This document shows positions 38,552 to 48,839 of a stretch of 64,000 bases of DNA, piece by piece. The DNA is from Opitutales bacterium. Its GTDB lineage: Bacteria > Verrucomicrobiota > Verrucomicrobiia > Opitutales > JABSRG01. The notes under the pieces are model-generated. The model saw nothing but the letters and a program-made list of their open reading frames with translations, made no database searches and was not told where the DNA came from. The position numbers and the translations under genes were made by a program. The stretch spans positions 32,001-96,000 of the forward strand of contig JBMYOQ010000001.1 in NCBI GenBank assembly GCA_049599475.1, given 5' to 3'. Positions within the stretch are counted from its first letter, which is position 1; every line of letters starts with the position of its first letter.

Positions 38552-39603
38552 GAGTTTTCGTTAGGTGTAAATTGGGTCGACTCGCGAATAATGAGCTTGG
38601 GCTCGATCACTTTCAGGATCTTTGGGTCGAGGGCTGTGGAGCTGTTTTTGGCTTCGCTCAGGAGCTCCATCACAGAGTCCATCTGCTCTCCGACGCATTG
38701 GTCGACGCTCGTGAGGGTAGGAGTGAGGAAGGCCGAGGCTTCATTGTTATCAAAGCCCGCAAGCGCGATATCCTGTGGGATCTTTAGACCGGCTTCGCTA
38801 ATGCGGCGTGCGGCGCCGATGGCGATTCGGTCATTTAACCCAATCCAAGCGGTGGCATCTTCGCCTGCTTTAAGAGCCATAGATGCGAGATCGTAGCCGT
38901 AATGGAAATCGAGGCGTTCGCGGCCGGGTCCTACGTAGGGGCTCAAGCACTCCTCTTTGTCGAGGCCGAGTTCTTCGAGACAATCGTAGATGCCTGCCAT
39001 ACGGTCCTTACCATAAATTACCCCTTCTTCTAGCCCCAAAAGGGCAAATTTTCGATGGCCTTGATCGTAGAGGTGGCGCATCGCTTGTGGATAAGCGTGT
39101 GCCCGGGCGACGCGGATTGTGGGAAAGGGAAGTGTGTGGACGGGATCGATACAAATCGTGGTGATCTTCGAATCGATCAGGCTTTGGATGGCCGGATCTT
39201 CTGATTTAAGTTCCGTACTGAAGAGAATGACCGCCTCTGCACGCATCGAAATGAAGCGACGGATCACCGCAGTCTCGGTCTCGGGATCGTTGCTGGTGTG
39301 CTGTGTATTAGGCTGGTATCCGGCCGTACGCAGACGCGATTGTAGTGAGGCAACCTTTTGCATGAGGAGTGGATTCTCCAGCTCTTGGAAGCAGACGCCG
39401 ATCATCCCTGTGGAGCCTCCGCGGAGGCCTCGAGCGAGCGGATCCGGCGCGAAACCTTCGGAAGCCATGGCGTCTAAAACGCGCTTCCGCGTGCTCTCTT
39501 TGATGTCTGGATGTCCGTTTAAAGCTCGAGATACAGTCCAACGCGACAGACCTAGGTGGTCGGCCAAGGCTTGGGTAGATGCGATTCGAGGGGTATCGGA
39601 CAT
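38548..39603 (-). CDS. LacI-family transcriptional regulator
   Basis: LADHLGLSRWTVSRALN HTH, NDRIAIG, IPQDIALAGFD; start taken at ATG 39603. Confidence 0.92.
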   Translation of the reverse strand: MSDTPRIASTQALADHLGLSRWTVSRALNGHPDIKESTRKRVLDAMASEGFAPDPLARGLRGGSTGMIGVCFQELENPLLMQKVASLQSRLRTAGYQPNTQHTSNDPETETAVIRRFISMRAEAVILFSTELKSEDPAIQSLIDSKITTICIDPVHTLPFPTIRVARAHAYPQAMRHLYDQGHRKFALLGLEEGVIYGKDRMAGIYDCLEELGLDKEECLSPYVGPGRERLDFHYGYDLASMALKAGEDATAWIGLNDRIAIGAARRISEAGLKIPQDIALAGFDNNEASAFLTPTLTSVDQCVGEQMDSVMELLSEAKNSSTALDPKILKVIEPKLIIRESTQFTPNENS

Positions 39604-39608
39604 GCTTC

Positions 39609-39660
39609 CTAACACGTGTTAGATTTTATTCGGAGTCAAGCTTTATCTAACACGTGTAGG
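39609..39660. promoter_or_regulatory. Two putative LacI operators
   Basis: Perfect palindrome CTAACACGTGTTAG (39609-39622) and CTAACACGTGTAGG (39647-39660). Confidence 0.7.
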
Positions 39661-39703
39661 GTTTTTGCCTTGCAAACTTCTAATTTTGGCAGATTAACAG
39701 ACT

Positions 39704-40096
39704 TTAGGTGTCGATATGATCGAAGCGCTTGTTGTTTGCCGGAAGTTCATCGGGCAAAAAACTATAATATATGCCGAACCACAGGCTCCAGCTGATCGGG
39801 TAGAACAGAATCGGCATCACCACGGTAAGCACCGCGATGGCGATCAGGGATGGTCTCATGGGAAGCAGGCCGAGAAGGGCGGCGCCTAGAATTGGCAGGA
39901 CAAAGGCGAATACTGTGAAACCGTAATTGACCACCATCGGTCCCAAGAACCATCCAGAGCCGCGCTGCAACTTCATGAAGCAAAGCGGGCAGGTGTCTCT
40001 GAGCTTGAAGGGGCTGGAAAACAGACCTTTGTGGCCGCAGTTTGGGCACTGCATGCATACGCTGCGTTTGAGAATCGTCTGCGGTTCTACTTCCAT
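39704..40096 (-). CDS. DUF983-like membrane protein
   Basis: CPNCG..LF..CPLC followed by two hydrophobic helices. Confidence 0.65.
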   Translation of the reverse strand: MEVEPQTILKRSVCMQCPNCGHKGLFSSPFKLRDTCPLCFMKLQRGSGWFLGPMVVNYGFTVFAFVLPILGAALLGLLPMRPSLIAIAVLTVVMPILFYPISWSLWFGIYYSFLPDELPANNKRFDHIDT

Positions 40097-40106
40097 GATG
40101 TGAATG

Positions 40107-41417
40107 CTACTTTAAAGTGCGCACGAGGATTTTCGATGCGCGCCCGTTTGCCTCGTAGTCAGCACGACGAGCTTCGGGGAGATCCTCTTTGCTGCCATCG
40201 GCGAATTCGCAGCTATGTTTGAAGAAAGGGTAGCTCTGGGTGGTGAGCGCAAGGAGTTTCTCGGCGCCTTGTTTTTTCGCCTCCATCTCTGCGAACTCGA
40301 CCATCTTTTTGCCGACACCTCGTTTTTGGTAAAAAGATTGCACAAGGACCATGCCGACTTCGAAAACAGTCCGTGTCTCGTCAGGCTTGAGCTGCATGCA
40401 GGCGATAATGCTCCCGTCGATCTCGTATACCCATGTATTAGAAATTTCCTTATCAATTTCGGAGCGTGAGCGCGGCTTCAACGACGCATTGCGTGTAGCA
40501 TGCCTCGTGATATCGTAGATGGCCTGGATATCCTTAGGGCGGGCCTTTCGAATCTCTTGATATGCGTTGGCGTGGATCATTGAGCCGATGCCGACTTTGT
40601 CGAAAATCTCAGTCAGCAGTCCGCCGAAAACGCGACCATCAATGATGTGGGCACGCGTAACACCGTTTTTTAGTGCATAGACTGAGCGCTCTGCTTTTAG
40701 CCGACAGGCCTCATCTACGGACTCGGGTTTGGTTTGTAAGATGTCTTCGAGTTCCGACGATGGGATGTTAATGCGGACTTCGTCGCCGATGGTGATCCCG
40801 GGACGTGGTGACAGGAAAATGAGTTTGGAAGCATTGAGCGCTATGGCGCATTCCGCCGCAAGGGAGTCGGCATTGAGGCGGTAGGCTCGCCCGGCTCGGT
40901 CGTAGGCAATGGGGGATATTATCGGAATGCTCTCAGATTTCATGAGCGCTTCGATCGTCCCCGAGTGGATATTACTCGCTTTGCCGGTGTATCCAAAATC
41001 AACGCCGTCGATCAATCCGACTTCGGTCGGGGTCACGACGTTTGCAATCGCGAAACGAAGGCCGCTGCGCGTGAGGCCTTTTTGAAATTTTTGCTCCACG
41101 TCCAAGGAGCACTCGATGGCAAGATCTAGGGTGTCTTGATCGGTCGGGCCGCTGCCGTACACATCGGTAATCGCAATGCCGCGTTCCTTGCTCTTTTGGC
41201 GCATTTGCTTTCCGATGCCGTGCACAATGACGACCTGGATGTTCAGATTGCGCAGGACTGCGATGTCCAAGAGAAGATCGGCGAATTGCTCATGCTCGAC
41301 GATGCTGCCATCGAAAGAGATCACAAAAACATGATTCCGAAACATCGGGACATACTTAAGTATGCCGCGTAAATCGGTCGGCTTGATCGCATTCTCTATG
41401 CCGAGGTCCTGGCTCAT
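40107..41417 (-). CDS. argA: Amino-acid N-acetyltransferase (N-acetylglutamate synthase)
   Basis: AAK domain (LNAD, RAHIIDG, EIF..GIGSMI) plus C-terminal GNAT domain. Confidence 0.9.
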   Translation of the reverse strand: MSQDLGIENAIKPTDLRGILKYVPMFRNHVFVISFDGSIVEHEQFADLLLDIAVLRNLNIQVVIVHGIGKQMRQKSKERGIAITDVYGSGPTDQDTLDLAIECSLDVEQKFQKGLTRSGLRFAIANVVTPTEVGLIDGVDFGYTGKASNIHSGTIEALMKSESIPIISPIAYDRAGRAYRLNADSLAAECAIALNASKLIFLSPRPGITIGDEVRINIPSSELEDILQTKPESVDEACRLKAERSVYALKNGVTRAHIIDGRVFGGLLTEIFDKVGIGSMIHANAYQEIRKARPKDIQAIYDITRHATRNASLKPRSRSEIDKEISNTWVYEIDGSIIACMQLKPDETRTVFEVGMVLVQSFYQKRGVGKKMVEFAEMEAKKQGAEKLLALTTQSYPFFKHSCEFADGSKEDLPEARRADYEANGRASKILVRTLK

Positions 41418-41481
41418 ACTACTAAGTTGAGCAACTTATCTTAATCCGACGATCCTTAAATTGTACGGGCCAAGCAGGGTC

Positions 41482-41883
41482 TTATCTGAGACGTGTCCTG
41501 ATGCCTTTAGCTACTGATAGTGGGGTGTCTGGGCTTGCCGGATTGGGGACAACTTGATGCCCCGATGGGGAGATCCAGAGGTCCATGTCTTCTACAGGGA
41601 CTGCTCCCAATAAGACTTCATTTCCCAGCATAATGGCTCCCGTAAAGCATTCACGGTTCGCTACCTGGATCTTTATGGGGCCCACATAGGGACACTCATG
41701 GCTGGAGCCGTCAGCAGTGGTCACTCTACGACTGTGAAGCTCCTCAAGGTCTAATTCTTCTGCGAGCTCTTTCGGGATGCACAAATGTAAAGCTCCAGTA
41801 TCTGTTAATGCAGACCTACTAACAGAACCCTTGGAAGTTTTCCGTGGGTTTGAGAGCTCAATTTCAACTTTCACTAATCCCAT
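41482..41883 (-). CDS. Clan AA aspartic protease
   Basis: ALTDTGA, VLLGAVPVEDMDL. Confidence 0.82.
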   Translation of the reverse strand: MGLVKVEIELSNPRKTSKGSVSRSALTDTGALHLCIPKELAEELDLEELHSRRVTTADGSSHECPYVGPIKIQVANRECFTGAIMLGNEVLLGAVPVEDMDLWISPSGHQVVPNPASPDTPLSVAKGIRTRLR

Positions 41884-41938
41884 CGTTCAAAGATGTAAGA
41901 TTTGAGGCGCTGAGTCAAAGCCACGAATGAGAGCCGCT

Positions 41939-42991
41939 CTACTTCAAAAAATCAAGCGGCACCGTCGCCGCGTAGAAGGGATCGCCGCTGAGGCTTTCGA
42001 GAGATAGGGTGATGGTGGCCGGAGAGGCGTCCCAATTGATCTGGATAGCACCAAAATTCTCCTCGGGGCGGTTGAGGCCGAGGATGCGGTGTTCATTAGG
42101 CTCGTGGCCTGGGTAGGCGCGGCGATTGGGGCCGTTTAGAGAGCTGGATGTGATTTCGTAGAGTGGGTATTTGAGCCCCGTGGTAGCGGGAGGCACCTTT
42201 GAAATTTCTCCGTGATGGCGGTCTCCGGATACAAGAATGATGCCCTGGGCCTCACTCTTAGCGAGCGTATCGAATAGGCGCTGCCGCTCCAGTGGCAAGT
42301 TGCCCCAGTGCTCCCAGCCGTGTTGGATCGCAGCTACTTGGATACTACTCGCGATAATGCGGAGTTCCGCAGGCTTTTTAAGTGTTTCTTCGAGCCACTT
42401 CCATTGAGCCTCGCCGAGCATGGTCTTGTCCTTGGAAGCATCGGGCAAGTAGCGAAATTTCTTGGGGTGGTCTTTCGGAGCTTTCTTAAGCGGGCTGCGG
42501 AAGAAGCGGGTGTCTAGTAATATGACCTGGACACGTTTGCCTTCGGGACCGAGCGTATATTGCTGGTAAACGCCTGGGCGACTGCGGCTCGGGTGATCGG
42601 CGGGTATTTTCCAAAACTCTTCGAATATTGCCTCGCTGCGCTCTTTGTGCGGGTAGTCGGCGCCGCCATCGTTGATGCCGAAGTCGTGATCATCCCAGGT
42701 CGCTAGGATGCGCGCGCTGAGCTCGAGCTGTTGGAAACCGAAGGACTCGCCGAGCTTGGCGTATTCTGCCTCAAAACCGTCGATGGAGTCGGCTTTGTCC
42801 GCGTAAACATTATCTCCAACGAACAGCGCAAGGTCCGGTTTCTTCTCAAGCAGGGGCCTCCAGAATTCTTGGTGAGAGCTTTGGCGATAGCATGAGCCGA
42901 CAACGATGCTAGAGATCGTGGCTTCATTTCCGAAGCTCAAACTGGAGGTGAGAGCGGTGAGGGCGAGAGACAGGGTTACATTTTTGATCAT
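41939..42991 (-). CDS. phoD: PhoD-family alkaline phosphatase/phosphodiesterase
   Basis: GDNVYAD, WDDHD, LDTR, LGEAQW, SGDRH. Confidence 0.85.
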   Translation of the reverse strand: MIKNVTLSLALTALTSSLSFGNEATISSIVVGSCYRQSSHQEFWRPLLEKKPDLALFVGDNVYADKADSIDGFEAEYAKLGESFGFQQLELSARILATWDDHDFGINDGGADYPHKERSEAIFEEFWKIPADHPSRSRPGVYQQYTLGPEGKRVQVILLDTRFFRSPLKKAPKDHPKKFRYLPDASKDKTMLGEAQWKWLEETLKKPAELRIIASSIQVAAIQHGWEHWGNLPLERQRLFDTLAKSEAQGIILVSGDRHHGEISKVPPATTGLKYPLYEITSSSLNGPNRRAYPGHEPNEHRILGLNRPEENFGAIQINWDASPATITLSLESLSGDPFYAATVPLDFLK

Positions 42992-43156
42992 GATCGCGAG
43001 ACCTAGAGAAGAGTGCGTGAATCTAACTCTATGAATGCGAGCAAAGGAAAGGCCTGTTTTACGCCCTTAGGTAAAGATCACGCGTCGAAGTAAGAAACCT
43101 GTTACGAGCCTGCAAAATCCAAGACCCTGGCTTGTCATTCGCCCGAACGCGCGAGT

Positions 43157-44005
43157 CTAGAACTCGTTGCGTACCTTATCGACGGACTCCTTGATATCGT
43201 CCATCGCGTCCACAAAGTCTTCAGATTTCAAGCCTGAGATCTCCAAGACCGATTCAAAGTCGGAGATGGTGGTTGGGTCGATATCTTCGCCAAGTCTCCA
43301 TTGATCCATGAGATGGTTGGAGAAAAAGAGTAGGCTCGTCATTACGCGTTGGTCCGGCGTTTCGTCGGGATGGAGCTGGAATTTCACAGGGAGTATGACT
43401 TCCTGCGTGAATTTCCATGATTCTAAAAGTATTGCGCCCACCTCTGCGAAATGGAAACCGAGGATGCGTTTTTCAAATTCTGGGGTAATGGGATCCGCGT
43501 CTTCGTCTTCGTCGTAGAAGGATAGACCGGCCTCGAGTGTGCACTTGTTCACGATAATCTTCCCGATGCCGTGAAGGAGACCCACGGTGTAGGCAGTATC
43601 GTTGTTTACCCCAGCGCGTTTTGCGTAGGCGTCCATAGCAATTGCTCGACATATGCTTTGGTCCCACATCTCTCCGGCTTTCATGCGGTACACGGGAGCT
43701 GCGGCCCCGAACAGTTGCTTCGAAGCAACGAGGCCGACGAGTCGGTGGACTTCGCGGAACCCTAGTCGCTGCACCGCTTCCATGACATTTTCGCTGGGAA
43801 TAGCGCAGCCGTAATAGCTGCTATTGCTCAGGCGAACGATTTGAGCAGCCAGGGTGGCATCCATACGAATGAGCTTCACCAGGTCCGACAAATCTGCATT
43901 CGGGTCCTGCATGCAGCTTTGGATTTTGCAAAGAATCTGTGGCGTCGGAGGCATTTCCTCCGCGTGAACTAGGATTTTTGGTCTGTCGATTACCGCCATA
44001 TTCAA
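43157..44005 (-). CDS. HDOD domain protein
   Basis: D..LAAQIVRLSNS, AVQRLG, GLLHGIGK, HFAEVGA.LL..W. Confidence 0.88.
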   Translation of the reverse strand: MNMAVIDRPKILVHAEEMPPTPQILCKIQSCMQDPNADLSDLVKLIRMDATLAAQIVRLSNSSYYGCAIPSENVMEAVQRLGFREVHRLVGLVASKQLFGAAAPVYRMKAGEMWDQSICRAIAMDAYAKRAGVNNDTAYTVGLLHGIGKIIVNKCTLEAGLSFYDEDEDADPITPEFEKRILGFHFAEVGAILLESWKFTQEVILPVKFQLHPDETPDQRVMTSLLFFSNHLMDQWRLGEDIDPTTISDFESVLEISGLKSEDFVDAMDDIKESVDKVRNEF

Positions 44006-44131
44006 TAAAGATCGGAAAATACGCCCCTTGCCTTGAATGTATTTCCGCTTCTATTGACAATAAGTCTGTATTGCCGACACATAATATCCAAACGCCCCAA
44101 TCCGCGATGATGGGGAGCCTGCCCGTACCGA

Positions 44132-47100
44132 ATGTCTTCCAAACTTAGAATTGGTCTCATAGACCCTCTGATTAACGAAAGTAATGTCCTATTTAGCCTT
44201 GGGGCTCGTTTGGCATGCTTGGAAGTCGGAGCAGACTTTGCTATACACTCGGACTTATCGGTTTTGAATAGCCAAACGGTATCGGGGATCATCCTGAACA
44301 ATGTGGGTGGCGGCTTAGAGCAGGAAGCTCGGCAGTTTTTGGGGCCAAAGTTTCCAATGGTCGCGATTTCCGAGGAGCCCACACGGTGTCCGCGTGTAAG
44401 TTGGAGCTATGTAGATGCCTTCAAAGCGGCTCTTGAGCACCTCCTGGATCAGGGACATAGCAAGCTTATCTACGTCAGTTTTCATGAGGGCTCTCATGAT
44501 GAGTTCACGAAGCGTTTGGATGCGCTGAATAAAGCAGCCGATTATCTTTCCAAACGCCGCTTCGAGATCATTAGAATTACCGACTTTGCCAGTGCTGATG
44601 AGGTTCGCCGGCGTCTCGCGGATTATCTAGAAGAAAATCCGGATATGACGGCGATCATCTCCGGAGTAGACAATTTCGGTCTCACGCTGCGTACTTCCGT
44701 TGAACTTCTCGGAAAGCGGATACCTGAAGATATCGCGGTGGTCGATTTTGATACGCAGCACGGAGCACTCAGTGAATACTCCCAGGGCGGTTTCTCGGCG
44801 ATTCTCTTGCCATTTTACCAAGTCGGTTACCGGGCCGCTCGGCGGCTGCTGCGCCAGCTATCGGGCCCTGTGGCAATCGCACCTCCCGAGCAAGTGCCAT
44901 CCAGTTTTGTCGTGCGCAAGACCTCGGAGCGCAAACCGCGACCGATCGAAAAGGTCTGGGAAAACTCAGATGACAGCGTCGGGCAGCTCGAGCGAGAATT
45001 GGGTGACGTCTTTTTTGCGCACAATCAGATTCGTTCCGGATTAGCCCGAAATCTCGCCGAACAGTTGATGAAGCGGGTCGAAAAGAGTGAGTCGCTTCGG
45101 AGGCACTTTTTTGAAATGACTCTCGATGCCATTGAGCTCGGGATAAATCCTTTTTTCGCCCATGCTCAGGCAATCCAATTGAATAGCGTGGAGCGCCGGA
45201 TCGATTCCGAAATCCCTGTCGAACAACGGGTGCGAGATGTTCTCGCAGCGGTCAGGAATGCCCAGGTAAAACACGGATTTACGGCGGAGCACTATCATGT
45301 CTTTGAGCGTCAGAGGCTCTGGGAGGCGCGCGAACAAGCGCAGCGCATGGCTAGGGAAAATCCCAGCGTGACCAGTTTCCTGGAAGTGATGGCGGAAGGT
45401 GCACTGCACTTGGGTGCGATGGTTCACTCAGTCATTCTGTTTGACTACACCCAGCCGACTCCCTCGGGAGAGCCGCAACTACAGGTCTGGAAATACCAAG
45501 AAAAGGGGTGGCGGAAATCGATCCCTGCGGAAAATCTGTTGGTGATTACCGATCTATTGCCTGAGACGGGTAAGCGGTCCGCGACGGTGCTTCTCGATCT
45601 AAAGTCGCCGCAAGGGGTGATGTGCACGGCCTCGATAGATTTCGACTGCGTGACCCCTCAGAGTATTGCTCCCTTCATTGAGACGGTTGAGCCAATCCTC
45701 CAGCAGGCAATGTTTGCGGAGAGTCTCAAGCGGACCGAGGAGGCCCTCGAACTCGAGAAAGGGGAGGCGCGCGCGGCGGCGGCGTCGAAGAATGAATTCT
45801 TAACGAACGTCTCTCACGAAATCCGGACACCGATGAATGGCATTATCGGTATTGCGGATCTTGTTTTAGAAACGGATCTGACGGCTCAGCAGCGAGAATA
45901 CTTATCGATGATTCGGGACTCCGGCATGGCCCTTTTGACAATCGTGAACGATATTCTCGACTTTTCAAAAATCGGCAACAACTCAGCCCTGATCTTACAA
46001 GAGTCCCCCTTTGAGCTGCGTAAGAGTATTGAGGATACTGTGAAGACTCTGGGTGTGCGGGCGCGTGAGAAATCTATCGATTTGTCGTGCGTTGTGGATA
46101 CAAATGTGCCGGATGTTTTGGTCGGTGACGTAGGTCGCTTGAGGCAGGTCTTCATTAACTTGATCGGGAATGCTATCAAATTCACCGATGAAGGTGAGGT
46201 ACATGCGCGTGTGCAGTTTACAGAAGAGGAGGGGGAGTCTGTCACACTTACCTTCTCTGTGAAAGACACCGGAATTGGTATTCCTAAGGACCGTCAGGCT
46301 AAGGTTTTTGATTCGTTTCAACAGGTCGATGGTACGACTTCGCGTCTATATGGCGGAACTGGGCTTGGCCTGAGTATTTCTACAGAGCTTGTCCGCAAGA
46401 TGAATGGGCGCATCTGGTTGGACAGTGTTTACGGACAGGGGTCCACATTTTATTTCTCGGCTTTGTTCAAAAAGTCCAAAGACGCAGAGACTCTGTTAAA
46501 TCCGATTGACCTCAGCGCGCTCAAGAACAAGCGGGCGCTCGTTGCGGTGGATAACAATTATCATCGCGAGTTTATTCGAAATTGTTTCGAGGAATGGGAA
46601 GTCGAAGGAGTGTTTGTTCGAGCGGGCAATCTTGTTTTGTCTCAGCATGAATATTACAATGATCGCGGTAAGCCATTTCAGCTGACTATTTTGGATGTCG
46701 CGCTTTTGGATTCGAATAAGAACGATTATCTTGAGGGGATATTGAAAGGAAGTGCGATTTCTCAGCAGGTTGTGTTGCTGCTTCCTGTGGGCTCGTCTCC
46801 GGTCGAAGCTGAACGGTTCGCTAGGCTCGGGGCGAATCAAGTATTGAGCCGCCCCCTCACGCACAACGAATTGTCGCAAAGCTGCATGGAAATCATTCAG
46901 GGAGGAGTTGGTGTTAGAACTTCTTCGAACACGCGCTCAGCTCTTGGGAGCCAAATCGAGGCGCTGAAGACGCGGTCGATGCGTGTACTGCTTGTGGATG
47001 ATAATGAGATTAACCGGAGAGTCGCGGTCGGCATATTGAACAAGCGCCAACACCAGGTTGAAGTCGCGGTGAATGGTATTGAGGCTGTGAAGTGTTTTAG

Positions 47101-47776
47101 GCAGGGGCGTTATGATGTCATACTCATGGACATACAAATGCCGAAGATGGATGGTCTTGAAGCGACGCGTATTATCCGTGATGCCGAAAAGGAAGTCTCT
47201 GTGCGTACGCCGATAATCGCGATGACCGCCCACGCGATGAATGAGAGCCGTGTGGAGTGTCTTGAAGCGGGTATGGATGATTTCATATCCAAGCCTCTCG
47301 ATCGAAAACTGTTTATCCAAATGGTCGAGTCTTATTCGGCGTCGAATAAAGAGGAAAAGGCCGCGACCACACCACCTATTGAAGTTGTCATTGAGGATGG
47401 GTCATCTGCCAAGCCGGTGCTTAAGTATTTTGATGAGAGCGTCTTCTACGAACAAATCGGTGATGACGTTGAATTAATGGAGAATATTATCGATCTCTAT
47501 TGTCAGACCTACGGCGGTATCGTTGACGATTTATACCGGAATATACAGGACAACGACGGGAAAGGAGTGCATCGCACCTGTCACTCCGTTCGTAATAGTC
47601 TTGGCCCGTTTGGAGCAATGCCAGTGCTTGATACTATGAAGCGGTTACTGGATGTTGTGGACATCGATGCGAATTACATCAAAGCCAAGCAGATTGCTCA
47701 CGATATGGAGAACGACTTAATTGCTCTGGGTAAAGAACTGGAGGCCTTCAGAGAGACGCTCAAAGAAACGACGTGA
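44132..47776 (+). CDS. Hybrid sensor kinase: LacI-type ligand domain + HisKA/HATPase + REC(s) + Hpt
   Basis: IPEDIAVVDFD; SHEIRTPMNG; NAIKF; DTGIG; GTGLGL; ILMDIQMPKMDG; C-terminal Hpt-like CHSVRNS. Confidence 0.88.
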   Translation: MSSKLRIGLIDPLINESNVLFSLGARLACLEVGADFAIHSDLSVLNSQTVSGIILNNVGGGLEQEARQFLGPKFPMVAISEEPTRCPRVSWSYVDAFKAALEHLLDQGHSKLIYVSFHEGSHDEFTKRLDALNKAADYLSKRRFEIIRITDFASADEVRRRLADYLEENPDMTAIISGVDNFGLTLRTSVELLGKRIPEDIAVVDFDTQHGALSEYSQGGFSAILLPFYQVGYRAARRLLRQLSGPVAIAPPEQVPSSFVVRKTSERKPRPIEKVWENSDDSVGQLERELGDVFFAHNQIRSGLARNLAEQLMKRVEKSESLRRHFFEMTLDAIELGINPFFAHAQAIQLNSVERRIDSEIPVEQRVRDVLAAVRNAQVKHGFTAEHYHVFERQRLWEAREQAQRMARENPSVTSFLEVMAEGALHLGAMVHSVILFDYTQPTPSGEPQLQVWKYQEKGWRKSIPAENLLVITDLLPETGKRSATVLLDLKSPQGVMCTASIDFDCVTPQSIAPFIETVEPILQQAMFAESLKRTEEALELEKGEARAAAASKNEFLTNVSHEIRTPMNGIIGIADLVLETDLTAQQREYLSMIRDSGMALLTIVNDILDFSKIGNNSALILQESPFELRKSIEDTVKTLGVRAREKSIDLSCVVDTNVPDVLVGDVGRLRQVFINLIGNAIKFTDEGEVHARVQFTEEEGESVTLTFSVKDTGIGIPKDRQAKVFDSFQQVDGTTSRLYGGTGLGLSISTELVRKMNGRIWLDSVYGQGSTFYFSALFKKSKDAETLLNPIDLSALKNKRALVAVDNNYHREFIRNCFEEWEVEGVFVRAGNLVLSQHEYYNDRGKPFQLTILDVALLDSNKNDYLEGILKGSAISQQVVLLLPVGSSPVEAERFARLGANQVLSRPLTHNELSQSCMEIIQGGVGVRTSSNTRSALGSQIEALKTRSMRVLLVDDNEINRRVAVGILNKRQHQVEVAVNGIEAVKCFRQGRYDVILMDIQMPKMDGLEATRIIRDAEKEVSVRTPIIAMTAHAMNESRVECLEAGMDDFISKPLDRKLFIQMVESYSASNKEEKAATTPPIEVVIEDGSSAKPVLKYFDESVFYEQIGDDVELMENIIDLYCQTYGGIVDDLYRNIQDNDGKGVHRTCHSVRNSLGPFGAMPVLDTMKRLLDVVDIDANYIKAKQIAHDMENDLIALGKELEAFRETLKETT

Positions 47777-47804
47777 TGGGTCGCAGATTTTTTGGAAACG
47801 GCTT

Positions 47805-48839
47805 TTAGGAAAAATCGCCTTCTTCGACCGGGGTATTTATAGAAATGGCCCGGGTAGTGCGTTTGCCGATAACATCATTTAGGTATTTGGGCGGGAGGCC
47901 GTTTGCGGGGCGCACGCTCTGGATGTCTTCGCGTTGTATGATATCGCCCGGGGACAATTCGCGCACCCAGTAGAGTGAACGACGGAAAGTCCGATTCTCG
48001 ATTTCCCGTGGACTGCTTATCCAAGCCGCTTCACCCAGAGAGGCTTCGGTTTCCCTGATCCGTTCTACCATCCGTTTAAACTCGGCTGGCTCCATCGAGA
48101 ACGCGGCATCCGGGCCACCGTCCGATCGAGAAAGCGTGAAGTGTTTTTCGACAATTTGGGCTCCCAGAGCCACTGCAGCGATGGCTACGGTGTCCCCTAA
48201 GGTATGATCTGATAAACCGACTCGTAGTTTAAATTTTGATGCAATCAGGTCTATCGACCGCAGATTCATCTCTGCTGCCTTGGCGGGATATGCGCTGGTA
48301 CATTTTAATAGGGAAATATCGGTGGCTCCAGCCTCTTTGGCCCAGGTGACGGCTTCTTCTATTTCCTCTAGGGAGGCCATTCCTGTAGACATGATCAAAG
48401 GCTTACCGGTCGCCGCGCAGAGCTGAATGAGCTCCTTGTCAATGATCTCGGGTGAGGCGATCTTGTATCCAGGGGTATTCAAGTTTTCGAGGAACTCAAC
48501 GGAGCTGGGATCAAAGGGACTTGAAAAGAGAGGCCTGCCGCGAGCTTCAGAGGCCTGCATCATACGCTCCTGCCATTCCCAAGGTGTATATGCTTCCTGA
48601 TACAAATCGTGAAGCGTCCGGCCTTGCCACAGCGACTCTTGGGCAATCCGAAATTCTGGGCGATCCGATTTAAGAGTCAGTGTGTCAGCAGTGTAAGTCT
48701 GAATCTTCACGGCATCTGCACCGGAATCGATGGCTGCATTCACCAGCTCGATTGCTCGGTTTTCGTCCTGATTGTGATTGGCGGAGATCTCAGCGATCAC
48801 ACACACACGGCCAGAATCTAGGGGAATCGGTAGGCTCAT
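47805..48839 (-). CDS. pseI: Pseudaminic acid synthase
   Basis: IAEISANH, KIQTYT, LKCTSAYP, GLSDH, EKHF, SAF domain. Confidence 0.9.
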   Translation of the reverse strand: MSLPIPLDSGRVCVIAEISANHNQDENRAIELVNAAIDSGADAVKIQTYTADTLTLKSDRPEFRIAQESLWQGRTLHDLYQEAYTPWEWQERMMQASEARGRPLFSSPFDPSSVEFLENLNTPGYKIASPEIIDKELIQLCAATGKPLIMSTGMASLEEIEEAVTWAKEAGATDISLLKCTSAYPAKAAEMNLRSIDLIASKFKLRVGLSDHTLGDTVAIAAVALGAQIVEKHFTLSRSDGGPDAAFSMEPAEFKRMVERIRETEASLGEAAWISSPREIENRTFRRSLYWVRELSPGDIIQREDIQSVRPANGLPPKYLNDVIGKRTTRAISINTPVEEGDFS

